Shown in pieces: positions 13,224 through 22,601 of a stretch of DNA of 64,000 nt (position 1 is its first letter; every line of letters starts with the position of its first letter). Source of the DNA: an uncultured Actinomycetes bacterium (GTDB lineage: Bacteria; Actinomycetota; UBA4738; HRBIN12); contig CAVPIB010000004.1 in the NCBI GenBank assembly GCA_963704885.1, forward strand, positions 448,001 through 512,000. The letters run 5' to 3'. A program made the position numbers and the translations under genes. The notes beneath the pieces were generated by a model. It was not told the origin of the DNA. It saw only the letters and a program-made list of their open reading frames with translations, and searched no databases.

Positions 13224-14195
13224 TCAGCGGCGGCCGCGTTTGGGCGGTGGAGGACGCCGCGCGGGGGGATCGGGCACCTCGGCGGCGATCGAGAGGTAGC
13301 GGAACGCGATCGCGGCCAGAACCGCCACGTGGAGGATGTTCACCGCCATAACGAACAGCCAGGCACCGATGGTGGGATTCACGCCTATCACGTTGCCCGG
13401 CTTGCCGGGGGAGACGATCACCGCGATCGAGGGCACCACGTAGAGGGCGGCGAGCGTGAGGTTTCCCGCGCCAGGGATCCGTGCGGCGCGGACGGAGCGG
13501 GTCAGGCTGTCGGGCATGGACCGCCCCTCGTCGACGGCGATGACGGGCGCGAACACGAAGAAGTACGCCCCTATCACCAAGGCGCCGACCTGAAGCAGGA
13601 TGCCGAACCCCGGCCCCAGCAGCTGTCCAGCGAAGCTCGAGAGCGTGAGGATCCCCACCCCGATGACACAGACGGCGAACGCCACCGGCAGGGCGTGGAT
13701 CGCTCGTCGCGGACCCCACCCGCCGAGCCCGCCGCTGTCCAAGATGGTGACAACCGCCGAGCTCAGGAGCGCGAGTACCACGGCTCGGATCGCCAGGAAC
13801 GCCAGGATGCCGAGCAGACCCCCCTGCAGCCCGAAGACGCTGGTTGCGAGCGTCGCGTCCAGGCTGGTGCCGATCGGGGGCAGAGCGAGGAGGTTCGCGA
13901 GTGGAGCGAAAGGACCTTGGTACCCGGCCGCGATCAGCATGGCCCACACCAATAGCGGGAACGCGATCACGCAGATCAGCAGAGCCGGCGCCCCGATGAC
14001 GGTCACCACGCCTCGAGCCAGCGCGGTACGGATGCGAGGCATCGAACCCGGAGCCGAGCCACGCGGGCGGGTGACGAAGAAGGTGTCCAGCAGACGACTA
14101 CGTCGCGCCGGAGTGGGAGCCGTCGCGGATCTGGGATCTCGGTAGCCGCTCGAGCGCTGCGGCGGTCGTTTCGTCTTCTTCTTGCGGTTCGTCAT
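13224..14195 (-). CDS. Multi-pass membrane protein of unknown function
   Basis: Basic N-terminus followed by several hydrophobic helices; 4-bp overlap with the upstream gene. Confidence 0.7.
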   Translation of the reverse strand: MTNRKKKTKRPPQRSSGYRDPRSATAPTPARRSRLLDTFFVTRPRGSAPGSMPRIRTALARGVVTVIGAPALLICVIAFPLLVWAMLIAAGYQGPFAPLANLLALPPIGTSLDATLATSVFGLQGGLLGILAFLAIRAVVLALLSSAVVTILDSGGLGGWGPRRAIHALPVAFAVCVIGVGILTLSSFAGQLLGPGFGILLQVGALVIGAYFFVFAPVIAVDEGRSMPDSLTRSVRAARIPGAGNLTLAALYVVPSIAVIVSPGKPGNVIGVNPTIGAWLFVMAVNILHVAVLAAIAFRYLSIAAEVPDPPARRPPPPKRGRR

Positions 14196-15715
14196 AGGTC
14201 GGTCTCCCCGCCGGGCGGAACGGGATCGCGTTCGTCTTCCTTGCCGTCGTCCAGGAAGGCGGGACCCATACGGGAGGCGAGCGCTCGACCCCCGAGCGCG
14301 AGCAGTAGCGTCAACCCGACGGCGGCCGCCGCGAACGCGCCGAGTAGGGCCGGAAGATCGAGCTCCGTCGGTGAAGCCTCGGATAGGAGCTTGCCGTCCT
14401 CGTCATGGGAGTAAGCGACCAACCCCCCATCTGTCCCGCCCCTCACCCCAACCACTACGTCGGAGGCGATGGTGAGGCTCCGCAGCAGGGCCTGGCCGGG
14501 AGGGCTCTTCCACGCCAACCGGCCCGACCCCAGGTCGATGGCCACGAGTTGCCCCGTGGACGTGGCGACCAGCACGTGTTCCCCGGCGACCACGACCGGG
14601 GTCCGTGGGGTCGACACGTTGAGAGCGAAGTCCCAAACCCGCTCACCGCTCGAAGGGTCCAGTCGGTAGACCTGTCCGAACGAATCAAGCACGACGACCG
14701 CGTCGGGCGTCAGGGCCGGGCTCCCCGTGAAGAACAATGGACTGTTCAGCCGGGCGCTCCAGCGCTCCGAGCCATCGCCGAGGTCGAACGCCCGGACGCT
14801 CTGATCGGACATCCCCACGATCACCTGACCGTCGCCGATCGCCGGCGAAGTCGCGAACAGGGCGGCCCCAGGGATCTCGACGTTCCACGTCTGGGAGCCG
14901 TCGGCTTCGGCGAACGCCACGAGTCGAGCCAGGGTGGTTCGGCCTCCTTGGACGGCCGCTACGACCGACCCGTCGGCGGAGGCCAGCGGGTTGGCAAGGA
15001 ATCCCCCGGTCTTTGCCGACCACCGGAGCGAGCCGCTCGCCACGTCGACCGCGTAGACGTTCCCCCGGTTGTCTCCGACGTACGCGGTGTCGCCATCCAC
15101 CGTCACGCCGGTCCGGCTCACTTCCTTGAGCTGCAGGGGCTCATCCCAGATCGGTTCCTGCGTCTTCATGTCGATCGCCGTCAGGTTCGAGGCGAAGGGC
15201 TCTGAGGACGAGGAGACCGGAGAAGCGGATGGGGAGCCGGACACCTCCGCCGAGGGGGTAGGACTCGATCCCGGGGGCGAGTCGCCGAAGCCCTGCGTAT
15301 AGAGGAGCGCCTGCCCGTCGGGCGTGGAAGCGATGGCCGGCGAGACCGGCGGGCCGTATGTGCGATCCACGCTCCAGAGCGGCGCCCCGGAGTACAGGTC
15401 GGCCGCCACGACGACGAGCGGACCCACCGCGACCACGGTCGAGCCCGCGATCACGGGCGCAGAAAGACCGAACGTCCCGTCGGGGCCGCCGGGTGAGGCG
15501 CCGAAGCGCCAGGCCTCTTGGTACGGGGGCACCGGTGCCTCCGCGACGTAGCCGGTATGAGCCGGGTCGCCTTGCGCCTGACCCCATGCCTCCGACGCTT
15601 GGGCCGCGGCCGTTGCGGCTATCCAGATCGATCCCAGGATGGCTGCGAACGCGACGACAGCCGCGCTCGGAAAGAGGCGGCGACGAACAGCGGGATGGCA
15701 GCGGGACGAATGCAA
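14192..15715 (-). CDS. Membrane-anchored PQQ-like beta-propeller repeat protein (BamB-like repeats); start uncertain
   Basis: Signal-like N-terminus, W..QGDPAHTG, repeated A.D..SG...W blades, C-terminal TM helix. Confidence 0.85.
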   Translation of the reverse strand: MHSSRCHPAVRRRLFPSAAVVAFAAILGSIWIAATAAAQASEAWGQAQGDPAHTGYVAEAPVPPYQEAWRFGASPGGPDGTFGLSAPVIAGSTVVAVGPLVVVAADLYSGAPLWSVDRTYGPPVSPAIASTPDGQALLYTQGFGDSPPGSSPTPSAEVSGSPSASPVSSSSEPFASNLTAIDMKTQEPIWDEPLQLKEVSRTGVTVDGDTAYVGDNRGNVYAVDVASGSLRWSAKTGGFLANPLASADGSVVAAVQGGRTTLARLVAFAEADGSQTWNVEIPGAALFATSPAIGDGQVIVGMSDQSVRAFDLGDGSERWSARLNSPLFFTGSPALTPDAVVVLDSFGQVYRLDPSSGERVWDFALNVSTPRTPVVVAGEHVLVATSTGQLVAIDLGSGRLAWKSPPGQALLRSLTIASDVVVGVRGGTDGGLVAYSHDEDGKLLSEASPTELDLPALLGAFAAAAVGLTLLLALGGRALASRMGPAFLDDGKEDERDPVPPGGETDL

Positions 15716-15771
15716 AGCCGCGCCATTCTAGGGGAGCGGGTCCGACACGAGGAGATCGTCGGAAGCGACGC

Positions 15772-16260
15772 TCAGATCGGCGCGAGCCGGATCAGATCCA
15801 CCACGCTGGCCGGCGTGAGGAAGTCGAGCGGATCGACGTACGTTCCGCCGAGCCGAACCCCGAAGTGAAGGTTGGCCTGCAGGTCTGCGGGGTGTCCGGT
15901 CCCGCTGCGCCCGATCGGCTGGCCTTGGATCACGGCGTCCCCTTTGCGGACCAGCCGCTCGGACAGGTACGACGCCGTGGACAACAGCCCGCCCCCGTGG
16001 TCGACCGTCACGAAGAGGCTTCCCCCAACGCTTCCCGAGAAGCTCACCACCCCCGGGCCTGGAGACAGGACCATGGTCCCGACGGTCGCTGCGATGTCGA
16101 TGCCCCTGTGCCCTGATCCGTAGGGCGAGGCGGGCGGATCGAAGCCATGGATGATGGGGCCGGCTACCGGCCACGTCCAAGTGCCGAACGCGGACGCCGG
16201 CATCGCCGTCAGCCAGAGGGCGAGGACGGTCGCGATGAAGATCCCCAGGGTTCGTCGCAT
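15772..16260 (-). CDS. Secreted M23-family metallopeptidase
   Basis: Signal peptide; HRGID and LHFG zinc motifs; YVDPL ending. Confidence 0.9.
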   Translation of the reverse strand: MRRTLGIFIATVLALWLTAMPASAFGTWTWPVAGPIIHGFDPPASPYGSGHRGIDIAATVGTMVLSPGPGVVSFSGSVGGSLFVTVDHGGGLLSTASYLSERLVRKGDAVIQGQPIGRSGTGHPADLQANLHFGVRLGGTYVDPLDFLTPASVVDLIRLAPI

Positions 16261-16294
16261 GCGGGCAACGGTACGCGGGCGCGTCGGCGACTTC

Positions 16295-16310
16295 CGTGAG
16301 ATCCGTCACT
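16295..16310. promoter_or_regulatory. CRP/GlxR-type box upstream of the M23 peptidase gene
   Basis: CGTGA-GATCCG-TCACT, centred 29.5 bp upstream of the first base of a TACCGT -10 hexamer (16273-16268, minus strand), i.e. about -41.5. Confidence 0.6.
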
Positions 16311-16341
16311 CCAGCGACCGGTTCGGTGCTGGCGAGGTCGG

Positions 16342-17196
16342 TCAGTCGACCTCGGAGAGCTGGCCGCGGAGGCCACCCACCGCCTTGGTGTGGATCTGGC
16401 ACACCCGAGACTCCGTGACACCCAAGATCTCGCCGATCTCAGCGAGGGTCAGCCCCTCGAAGTAGTAGAGGGTGACCACGATCTTCTCTCGTTCAGAGAG
16501 CGAGTTGATGGCGGCGGCGAGCAGGCCACGGGTTTCCTGGCTCTCGACACCGGAAGTCGGATCGAGGTGCTTATCCGCAAGGGTGTCGATCAGCGAGACC
16601 TGCTCGCCGCGATCGGCGCCGACAGACACCAGCTCGTCGAGAGCCAGCACCGACACGAAAGAGATCTGACTGACCACGGCGTGGAGCTCCGAGCGGCTGA
16701 TGCCAAGGCGCTCGGCCATCTCGGCCTCGCTCGGCTGGCGCTTGAGCATCGCCTCCAGGTCGCTGTGGGCCTTCTCGATCTCGCGGGCCTTGAAGCGGAT
16801 CGAGCGGGGCACCCAGTCCATGGCGCGGAGCTCGTCGATGATCGCGCCCTTGATCCGCGGGATGGCGTATGTCTCGAACTTGTTTCCGCGCCCCGGCTCG
16901 AACTTGTGGAGCGCGTCGATCAGCCCGAACATGCCGTAGGACACCAGGTCCGCCTGCTCCACGCTCGACGGCAGACCGGTCGCTACACGGCTGGCCACGT
17001 ACTTCACGAGCGGCGCGTAGTGAAGGATCAGGCGCTCGCGCGCTTCCTCGGACTCCTCGCCCTTGAACCCCTGCCAGAGCTGACCGAGCTCGTCGTCGAC
17101 GGCCGGCGGGATCGTAACGGCGGGAGCCGAGGGTTTGGCCTTCGTTGCGGTGGCGGTCTTGCGGGCGGGGGTCTTAGTGCTCTTCGCCACGGTCAC
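16342..17196 (-). CDS. whiG: FliA/WhiG-family RNA polymerase sigma factor
   Basis: ARERLILHYAPLVKYVA, DELRAMDWVPRS, LTLAEIGEILGVTESRVCQIH. Confidence 0.9.
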   Translation of the reverse strand: MTVAKSTKTPARKTATATKAKPSAPAVTIPPAVDDELGQLWQGFKGEESEEARERLILHYAPLVKYVASRVATGLPSSVEQADLVSYGMFGLIDALHKFEPGRGNKFETYAIPRIKGAIIDELRAMDWVPRSIRFKAREIEKAHSDLEAMLKRQPSEAEMAERLGISRSELHAVVSQISFVSVLALDELVSVGADRGEQVSLIDTLADKHLDPTSGVESQETRGLLAAAINSLSEREKIVVTLYYFEGLTLAEIGEILGVTESRVCQIHTKAVGGLRGQLSEVD

Positions 17197-18134
17197 GCCC
17201 TGGGGTGAGCTTGCTCGTGAGCCTGGAAGAGCCGTCGGCGGGAGACGTGCGTGTACCGCTGCGTGGTGGCAACGCTCGCGTGACCCAAGAGTTCCTGAAC
17301 GGCTCGGATGTCGGCTCCTCCTTCCAATAGGTGCGTGGCGAACGAATGCCTCAAGGAGTGCGGGGTGATCCGCCGCCCCGGAAGCACACGCACCGCATAT
17401 TGTTCCACCATCGCACGGATGTCGCGTCCGGTGAAGGACCTCCCCTTGCGGTTGAAGAACATGGTCGAACGGTCCTCCCCCGCCATGGTCGGCCGTCCGG
17501 CCGACAGGTAGGCGTCGATCGCGTCCACGGCGTGGTCGGACATGGGCACCTCGCGCTCCTTGTCACCCTTGCCGCGGACCAGGACACGGCCCCGATCCAG
17601 ATCGATGCGATCGATGGTGAGCCCCGCGACCTCCCCGACCCGCAGGCCGGAGCCGTAGAGCAGCTCCAGGACCGCACGATCGCGCAGCAGGACGGCTCGT
17701 TCGAACGGTTCGATCTCAGCCCTGGAGTCGACCGCCGCTGGAGCCTCGGCCAGTTCGGCGGCCTCAGCCGGCCGCAGCACCGTGGGCAGGCGATTGACCA
17801 CCTTGGGACTGCCCAGGAGCGCTGAAGGATCCCGATCGACCTGCCCCGTTGCCAGGGCCCATCGGTAGAACGTGTGGATCGCTCCGACCCGGCGGGCGAT
17901 CGACGAGCGCGCGTACCCCAGCGTGTGCTGCTGCGCCAGGAACCGCCGCAGCAGCGGGTACTCGACGGCGGCGAGCGATGAGCCGTTCCGCGTGAGGAAC
18001 GTGGACAGCTGGTTCAGGTCGCGGCCGTAGGCCGCGACCGTGTGTTCGGAGAGCCGTCGTTCATGCCGCAGGTGAGCGGCGAACGCGTCGATGAGCCGTG
18101 CCTCGGAGGCAGGGAGGTCCTCCCGGGGTGCCAA
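17193..18134 (-). CDS. xerC: Tyrosine recombinase XerC
   Basis: LYGSGLRVGE, GKGDKER, HSLRHSFATHLL, LLGHASVATTQRY; conserved dprA context. Confidence 0.9.
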   Translation of the reverse strand: MAPREDLPASEARLIDAFAAHLRHERRLSEHTVAAYGRDLNQLSTFLTRNGSSLAAVEYPLLRRFLAQQHTLGYARSSIARRVGAIHTFYRWALATGQVDRDPSALLGSPKVVNRLPTVLRPAEAAELAEAPAAVDSRAEIEPFERAVLLRDRAVLELLYGSGLRVGEVAGLTIDRIDLDRGRVLVRGKGDKEREVPMSDHAVDAIDAYLSAGRPTMAGEDRSTMFFNRKGRSFTGRDIRAMVEQYAVRVLPGRRITPHSLRHSFATHLLEGGADIRAVQELLGHASVATTQRYTHVSRRRLFQAHEQAHPRA

Positions 18135-18200
18135 ATGGTCCTCTCGGTCGGGAGCGGGGTGGTTGGGGCCCGTTCCTTGTACCAGCGGCTGCCCGAAGGT

Positions 18201-19331
18201 TCAAACACCCGACCCCTCCCGGCGCGCGCCGGCCAGCGTCCTCTCGTACCGACCGCCGACGCTACGAACCAACCCCCTGAGCTCCAGGCGGATCAGCGCC
18301 GCGATCGCGTCAGGGATGGAAAGTCGCGCGCTCCTAGCCACCACGTCGGGGAGTGACGGCACGATCAGCGCGACCCACGCCCGTCGCTCGGTGTCGGGCA
18401 GTTCGATAGGTGGATCGGCGGTCTCCACCGCGTCGTCCACACCTAGGTCGGCTAGCAGATCGTCCGCGCCGCGGATCAGCGTCGCACCGTCGCGGATCAT
18501 GGCGAGCGGGACCTCAGCCAGCGGGCTCGTGACAGGACCGGGCACGGCGAAGATCTCCCGCCCTAGGTCCAGGGCGTGATCGACGGAGATCCGCGAGCCG
18601 CTCTTGCCCCCTCCCTCCACCACGACCAGGGCCGATGCGAGCGCCACGATCAGCCGGTTCCGAGCCGGGAACCGATGGGCTTCGGCCGGAACCCCTGGCG
18701 CGTATTCGCTCACGACCGAGCCCACGGCGGCGATCTTGGCGATCAGTTCGGCGCTCGAACGCGGATACGGCTGATCGATGCCGGATCCGAGCACGGCGAT
18801 CGTCCGACCTCCAGCGTCGAGGGCTCCGCGGTGAGAGGCCGCGTCGATCCCGTACGCGGCGCCGCTCACGACGCAGGCGCCCGACGCCGCCACTCGTCTT
18901 CCAAGGTCGCGAGCCACTTCGCGCCCCAGGACCGAGCATCGACGCGAGCCCACGATCGCGACACGGAGCTCAGGGACCTCGAGCCTTGTCCCCTGGACGA
19001 ACACAGCGATCGGGGGGTCGTCCAGCTGCAAGAACACCAGCGGATACTCGCGGTTGTTAGGGGCGACGAACCGGGCGCCCGCCGCGGCCGCGGCGGCGAG
19101 GATGCCATCGGGCTCCGCCGAAAGGGCGTGTTCCCGATCGCCGTCGCTGCCGGCTCTGCCAGCCGTGATCGATGCGAGCGCGGCCGACGCACTCCCCTCT
19201 CGCCAACAGAGCCGGTGCAGGTTGCGGGGGGTGATCCCGCGGAGCGACGAGAGGACCACCAGAGCACGGCCGTCCTCGGCCGAAGCGCCGAACGCCTCCG
19301 GCCAACCTGTGGGTGCTGGGTCATCCGGCAC
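18201..19331 (-). CDS. dprA: DNA-processing protein DprA
   Basis: VAIVGSR, VVSGAAYGID, RFPARNRLI, FAVPGPV. Confidence 0.93.
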   Translation of the reverse strand: MPDDPAPTGWPEAFGASAEDGRALVVLSSLRGITPRNLHRLCWREGSASAALASITAGRAGSDGDREHALSAEPDGILAAAAAAGARFVAPNNREYPLVFLQLDDPPIAVFVQGTRLEVPELRVAIVGSRRCSVLGREVARDLGRRVAASGACVVSGAAYGIDAASHRGALDAGGRTIAVLGSGIDQPYPRSSAELIAKIAAVGSVVSEYAPGVPAEAHRFPARNRLIVALASALVVVEGGGKSGSRISVDHALDLGREIFAVPGPVTSPLAEVPLAMIRDGATLIRGADDLLADLGVDDAVETADPPIELPDTERRAWVALIVPSLPDVVARSARLSIPDAIAALIRLELRGLVRSVGGRYERTLAGARREGSGV

Positions 19332-20856
19332 GAGCGAGTCCCTCCTCTCCGAACCCCTCCCGGTACGACAGCGCCTCCGCCAGATGCTCCGGCTCCACAC
19401 GGTCGGTCCCCGCCAGATCCGCGATGGTCCGGGCGACCTTCAGGGCGCGATCGAACCCGCGGCCCGTGAGCGCCAGGCTTTCGACGGCTCCGGCGAGCAG
19501 CTCCTCGGCGCCGCGCGCAAGCCGGGTCTCACGGCGGGCGAGCGGACCCGAAAGATGTGCGTTGCAGGCTACGGCGAGGGGCGCGTATCGGCGGCGTTGC
19601 CGGTCGCGGGCATCCTGGACCCGCGCCCGAACGACGTCGCTCGGCTCGCCTGTGCCGCTACCCATCAGCTCCTGGCGGCTCAGCCGCGGTACGCGTAGTC
19701 GCAGGTCGATCCGATCCAGGAGCGGACCCGAGAGCTTCTGTTGATAGAGCTGGACCCGATCCGAACGACACCGGCAATGTCGCACCGTATCGCCGTCGAA
19801 GCCGCACGGGCAGGGGTTGGCCGCGGCGACGAGAGTGAACCGGGCGGGGAACTCCACGGAGCCGGCTGCGCGGGTCACCACGACGCGACCGTCTTCGAGC
19901 GGTTGGCGCAGGCCCTCGAGAGCGTCCCGACGGAACTCGGTGAGCTCATCCAGGAACAGCACGCCATGGTGCGCCAAGGAGACCTCGCCCGGTCGCAGGA
20001 AGGTGGTTCCTCCACCCAGAAGCCCCGCTATCGACACGGAATGGTGGGGCGCACGGAAGGGCCGGGTAGTGAGCAGGCCACGCGCCCGCAGGAGTCCCGC
20101 GACGGAATGCAGCTGTGTCGCCTCGAGTGCCTCTTCGCGCGAGAGTTCCGGGAGGATGGTCGCGAGTCGACGTGCGAGCATGGTCTTTCCCGCGCCGGGC
20201 GGCCCGACCATCAAGAGGTTGTGTCCACCCGCCGCCGCCACCTCCAGCGCCCTGCGTGCCTGGGCCTGTCCGCGGATCTCCGAGAGATCGACCTTCGATC
20301 CCTCGACGACCTCGACGACCTCGGCTTCCACAGGCGAGGGTGTCCACGTCCCTCGGAGGAATCCCGCCACCTGTGCGAGCGTGGCCACGCCCACCACGCG
20401 CAGCGAGTCGATCTGGGCCGCCTCGACGGCGTTGGCCGCCGGGACCACCACACCGGTCAGACCCGCGCGAGCCGCCGCGATGGCCACCGAGATGATGCCT
20501 GGCGTCGGGAGCAACTCCCCTTTGAGCGAGAGCTCCCCCGCGAAGGCGTAGCCGATCACGGAGGCAGCTGGAACCTGCGCGGTCGCGGTCAGCACACCCA
20601 TGGCCATCGGCAGGTCGAGGCCGGGACCCTCCTTCCGCAGATTGGCTGGAGCCAGGTTCACGACCACCCGCCGCAGCGGCCACTCGAGACCGGCGCTCTC
20701 CACGGCCGGCCGCACCCTGTCGCGCGCGTCGTTCACGGCAGCACCCGGGAGACCGGTGAAGATGAGCGAGGGGAGGCCGCGTCCGACGTACGCCTCGACC
20801 GTGACGAGATGCCCGCCGACGCCGAGCACCGTGACCCCGATAACGCGCCCGTACAC
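19321..20856 (-). CDS. comM: YifB/ComM family Mg-chelatase-like AAA+ ATPase
   Basis: VNLAPANLRKEG, GPPGAGKT, PFRAPHH, GVLFLDE, SGPLLDRID. Confidence 0.93.
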   Translation of the reverse strand: MYGRVIGVTVLGVGGHLVTVEAYVGRGLPSLIFTGLPGAAVNDARDRVRPAVESAGLEWPLRRVVVNLAPANLRKEGPGLDLPMAMGVLTATAQVPAASVIGYAFAGELSLKGELLPTPGIISVAIAAARAGLTGVVVPAANAVEAAQIDSLRVVGVATLAQVAGFLRGTWTPSPVEAEVVEVVEGSKVDLSEIRGQAQARRALEVAAAGGHNLLMVGPPGAGKTMLARRLATILPELSREEALEATQLHSVAGLLRARGLLTTRPFRAPHHSVSIAGLLGGGTTFLRPGEVSLAHHGVLFLDELTEFRRDALEGLRQPLEDGRVVVTRAAGSVEFPARFTLVAAANPCPCGFDGDTVRHCRCRSDRVQLYQQKLSGPLLDRIDLRLRVPRLSRQELMGSGTGEPSDVVRARVQDARDRQRRRYAPLAVACNAHLSGPLARRETRLARGAEELLAGAVESLALTGRGFDRALKVARTIADLAGTDRVEPEHLAEALSYREGFGEEGLARAG

Positions 20857-20951
20857 GAACGCGGACGCTACCCCGAGGTACTGACACGGTCCGACATATC
20901 ATCGCCGTGACGAGGCGACCGTCAGCGGTCGCGCGATCGGAGGGCGCCGGC

Positions 20952-21959
20952 GTGACTGGGTTCCGTTTGGCCGTCGCTATGGCGTTCGCGTTCGCGGTGA
21001 CGAACGGGCTGCACGACGCCGCGAACGCGATCGCGACGCTCATCGCAACGCGGGCCGGTCGCCCGCTTCCGGCCGTGCTCCTGGCCGCCGCGTGCAACAT
21101 GATCGGTCCGCTCGTCCTGGGCGCCGCGGTGGCGAACACGATCGCGACGATCGTGGAGGTCCCTCGGTCGGAGCAGATCGCGGTGATCGGCGCCGGGCTC
21201 ACCGGGGCCGTCGCCTGGAACGTGGTGACGTGGCTCCGAGGGCTCCCGGCGAGCTCCAGCCACGCCCTGGTCGGCGGGTTGGTCGGCGCGGCACTGGTGG
21301 CGGCCGGCGCGAGCGCGGTCAACTGGGGAGGCATCGAGGGCTGGCGCCCCGTCGGCGTGTGGGGTGTGCTGATCGCGCTCGCGGTCTCCCCGTTCCTCGG
21401 GTTCTGGGGAGCGGCCGGACTCACCCGCCTGTCGCTGCGCCCGCTCGGCCGCGCGACCACCCGCGTGCTCGGCCCGATCCGCAAGGGCCAGTGGGCGACG
21501 TCCGCGTGGCTCGCGTTCAGCCACGGATCGAACGACGCGCAGAAGGCCGTGGGCGTGGTCGCCGCCCTCCTGGTGGCGCACGGATCGATCGACTCGCTCG
21601 CGGCGCCGGTCTGGGTGACGCTCGTCTGCGGTACGGCGCTCACGCTGGGGACCGCGCTGGGTGGCTGGAGCATCGTCCGGACGATCGGGAGTCGCATCAC
21701 CCGCCTGCGCCCACTCGACGGGCTGACCAGCAGCACCGGCTCGGCGGGGGTGATCCTGGTCTCCTCTCTGATCGGGGCCCCCGCCAGCACGACCCAGGTC
21801 GTCTCATCGGCCGTGGTCGGCACCGGGTTCGGCCGGCATCGGGCAGGGCATGTTCACTGGGACATCGTCGGCAAGATCGTCATCGCGTGGATCACCACGC
21901 TCCCCGCCGCAGCGCTGATCGCAGCGGCGAGCTATCCCATCTGGAGGTGGTTGGCATGA
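20952..21959 (+). CDS. PiT-family inorganic phosphate transporter
   Basis: NGLHDAANAIAT, PASSSHALVGG, HGSNDAQK signatures; GGAGG RBS. Confidence 0.92.
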   Translation: MTGFRLAVAMAFAFAVTNGLHDAANAIATLIATRAGRPLPAVLLAAACNMIGPLVLGAAVANTIATIVEVPRSEQIAVIGAGLTGAVAWNVVTWLRGLPASSSHALVGGLVGAALVAAGASAVNWGGIEGWRPVGVWGVLIALAVSPFLGFWGAAGLTRLSLRPLGRATTRVLGPIRKGQWATSAWLAFSHGSNDAQKAVGVVAALLVAHGSIDSLAAPVWVTLVCGTALTLGTALGGWSIVRTIGSRITRLRPLDGLTSSTGSAGVILVSSLIGAPASTTQVVSSAVVGTGFGRHRAGHVHWDIVGKIVIAWITTLPAAALIAAASYPIWRWLA

Positions 21960-22573
21960 GGCGCACATGGTTCCTCCCGCAGACACTCGACGTGATCGGC
22001 ATGCTTCGGGAGCAGGCGACCGTCACGATCGAAGGGATCGAGGCACTGGTGGAGTGGGCGGGAGGTGATCCATCCGGTGCTGAACGCGTGCGGGAGCACG
22101 AACACATCGCCGACGACCGCAAGCGCGAGCTGTTCGCCGCCCTCACCGAGTCGTTCACCACGCCGGTCGACGCCGAGGACCTCTACATGATGTCCAAGCA
22201 CCTCGACGACGTGATGAACGGCGCGAAGGATGCGGTCCGCGAATGCGAGGTCATGGCGCTCGGCCCCGACGAGCACATCGAGAAGATGGCCGGTCTCTTA
22301 CTGGAGGGCGTTCGACACCTCGACGACGCCTTCCGTCTGCTCCGTCCCGATGGAGAGGAGGACCGCTCGAAGACCGAGGCGGCCGACGCGGCGATCAAGG
22401 CCCAGCGGCATCTCGAACGCGCCTACCGACACGCGATGTCGGCGCTGCTCGAGGTCGACGACCTCCGGGAGGTGATGGGCCGCCGGGAGCTATACCGGAG
22501 GTTCTCGCGTATCGGCGACAGCGTCATCGAAGCGGCCGAGCGCGTCTGGTACTCGACCCTCAAGGAGGGTTGA
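21956..22573 (+). CDS. DUF47/PhoU-like phosphate transport regulator
   Basis: EHIADDRKRE and FTTPVDAEDL motifs; ATGA-coupled to the PiT gene. Confidence 0.88.
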   Translation: MRRTWFLPQTLDVIGMLREQATVTIEGIEALVEWAGGDPSGAERVREHEHIADDRKRELFAALTESFTTPVDAEDLYMMSKHLDDVMNGAKDAVRECEVMALGPDEHIEKMAGLLLEGVRHLDDAFRLLRPDGEEDRSKTEAADAAIKAQRHLERAYRHAMSALLEVDDLREVMGRRELYRRFSRIGDSVIEAAERVWYSTLKEG

Positions 22574-22601
22574 GCCACGGCGCGCTGTTAGCATCCGCCG
22601 C

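Noticed and set aside
16342-17196. FliA-like sigma as evidence of flagella or sporulation
   Set aside because: WhiG-type genes at this locus are widespread in Actinobacteria, and no flagellar or sporulation genes are in the window.
17193-18134. Tyrosine recombinase as an integrase of a mobile element
   Set aside because: XerC-type sequence in the conserved dprA-xerC-whiG context, with no att sites or cargo.
19946-21823. Long antisense/alternative ORFs (e.g. the 625-aa ORF and many similar)
   Set aside because: Arg/Gly/Pro-rich shadow frames of recognised genes with no motifs.
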